Of a DNA stretch of 32,054 nt, positions 31,208 through 32,054 are shown one piece after another. Position 1 is the first letter of the stretch. Each line of letters opens with the position of its first letter. The notes beneath the pieces were generated by a model. It did no database searches, had not been told where the DNA came from, and saw only the letters and a list, made by a program, of their open reading frames with translations. The translations under genes and the position numbers were made by a program. Source of the DNA: an uncultured Acidobacteriota bacterium (GTDB lineage Bacteria > Acidobacteriota > Thermoanaerobaculia > UBA5066 > DATFVB01); the NCBI GenBank assembly GCA_963813155.1, contig CAWEYG010000020.1:1-32054 (forward strand). The letters run 5' to 3'.

Positions 31208-32054
31208 ATGAACCGCCGCTTTCGTTGTGAGCTGCTGATCCTTGCATTGATGACTGCCTTGGTTGCGTGGCCGCAAGACCGGCCCCGCCCCCAGGAGAAG
31301 ACCGCGGTCGTCTTCGGTCAGAACATCCGCTACTTCGAAGCCGGTCAGGGGCCTGCGGTCATCCTGTTGCACGGACTGGGTGCCTCCAAGGAAGCGTGGA
31401 TGGGCACATTCGGCGCGCTGGCCGGCGCGTATCACGTGTATGCGGTCGACGAGATTGGCTTTGGCCATTCGGACAAGCCGCTCCTGGATTACAGAATCGC
31501 CACGTTTGTGGATTTCCTCTACGAATTCATGCAGACGCAGCGTGTTGGAAAGGCCACGCTTGTCGGGCACTCTTTCGGAGGTTGGATCGCATTGGACTTT
31601 GCCATTCAGCACCAAAGCGCGTTGGAAAAACTGGTGTTGGTGGATGCTGCGGGCCTGGCCTGGCAGCAACCTCTACCGGAGTTAAACCCCTCTTCCATAG
31701 CGGCAACACGAACGCTTTTGGAGTCATGCTTCTATGACAAGAAATTGCTGTCGGATGATGACTTTCTGCAGGTCTTTACCCAAAAGATGCGCAACAACGA
31801 TGGATATACGGTCCAACGGACAGTGGCGGGGTTTGCCACGCCGCAGTTTGAGGACGCAAAGCTGGACTCGATTCATGTTCCAACGATGGTGATGTGGGGA
31901 CGACAGGATGAGTTGGTCGCGCTCGCCATCGGCGAGAAGCTGCGCGATGGCATTAGAGGCGCGAAGCTGGTGGTGTTTGACCAGTGTGGGCACATTCCGC
32001 TGATCGAAAAAGCAGCCGACTTCAATCGCGCGTTGCTGGAATTTCTCGGCAAGT
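31208..32054 (+). CDS. Secreted alpha/beta-fold hydrolase; stop codon just beyond the window edge (absent from the ORF track)
   Basis: Open frame from ATG 31208: VILLHGLG, DEIGFGHSDKP, GHSFGG nucleophile elbow, WGRQD, CGHIP. Confidence 0.9.
   Translation, partial: MNRRFRCELLILALMTALVAWPQDRPRPQEKTAVVFGQNIRYFEAGQGPAVILLHGLGASKEAWMGTFGALAGAYHVYAVDEIGFGHSDKPLLDYRIATFVDFLYEFMQTQRVGKATLVGHSFGGWIALDFAIQHQSALEKLVLVDAAGLAWQQPLPELNPSSIAATRTLLESCFYDKKLLSDDDFLQVFTQKMRNNDGYTVQRTVAGFATPQFEDAKLDSIHVPTMVMWGRQDELVALAIGEKLRDGIRGAKLVVFDQCGHIPLIEKAADFNRALLEFLGK

Overview
High-GC bacterial chromosome segment. Gene content (paired Ser/Thr kinase-beta-propeller proteins, Oar-like TonB receptor, bshC-bshB1-bshA, DUF4097) suggests Acidobacteriota; this is an inference. 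Many genes carry single-base indels, which points to an under-polished long-read assembly. Left to right: a truncated exported-protein gene; a kinase-TPR-kinase cluster; an Asp-box (BNR) secreted protein; a D-aminoacylase-like enzyme; DUF4097; RDD; adenosine deaminase; yigZ-like; bacillithiol genes; lepB plus a DUF4845-like gene; purD; a DapA homologue lacking its catalytic lysine; an SDR; tRNA-His and tRNA-Arg. After the tRNAs comes an accessory-looking block: an amidohydrolase-NTF2 fusion, a translationally coupled TetR-RHH-RHH-XRE operon, a sigma54-type promoter ahead of a TonB-dependent receptor with two in-frame TAG codons, a hypothetical secreted protein and an alpha/beta hydrolase. The most striking non-coding signal is a ~165-bp structured element present twice in inverted orientation (13385-13549, 18719-18881). 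It has a near-identical scaffold with a compensatory base-pair change around a completely different 27-29 nt loop. No CRISPR array, integrase or transposase was seen.
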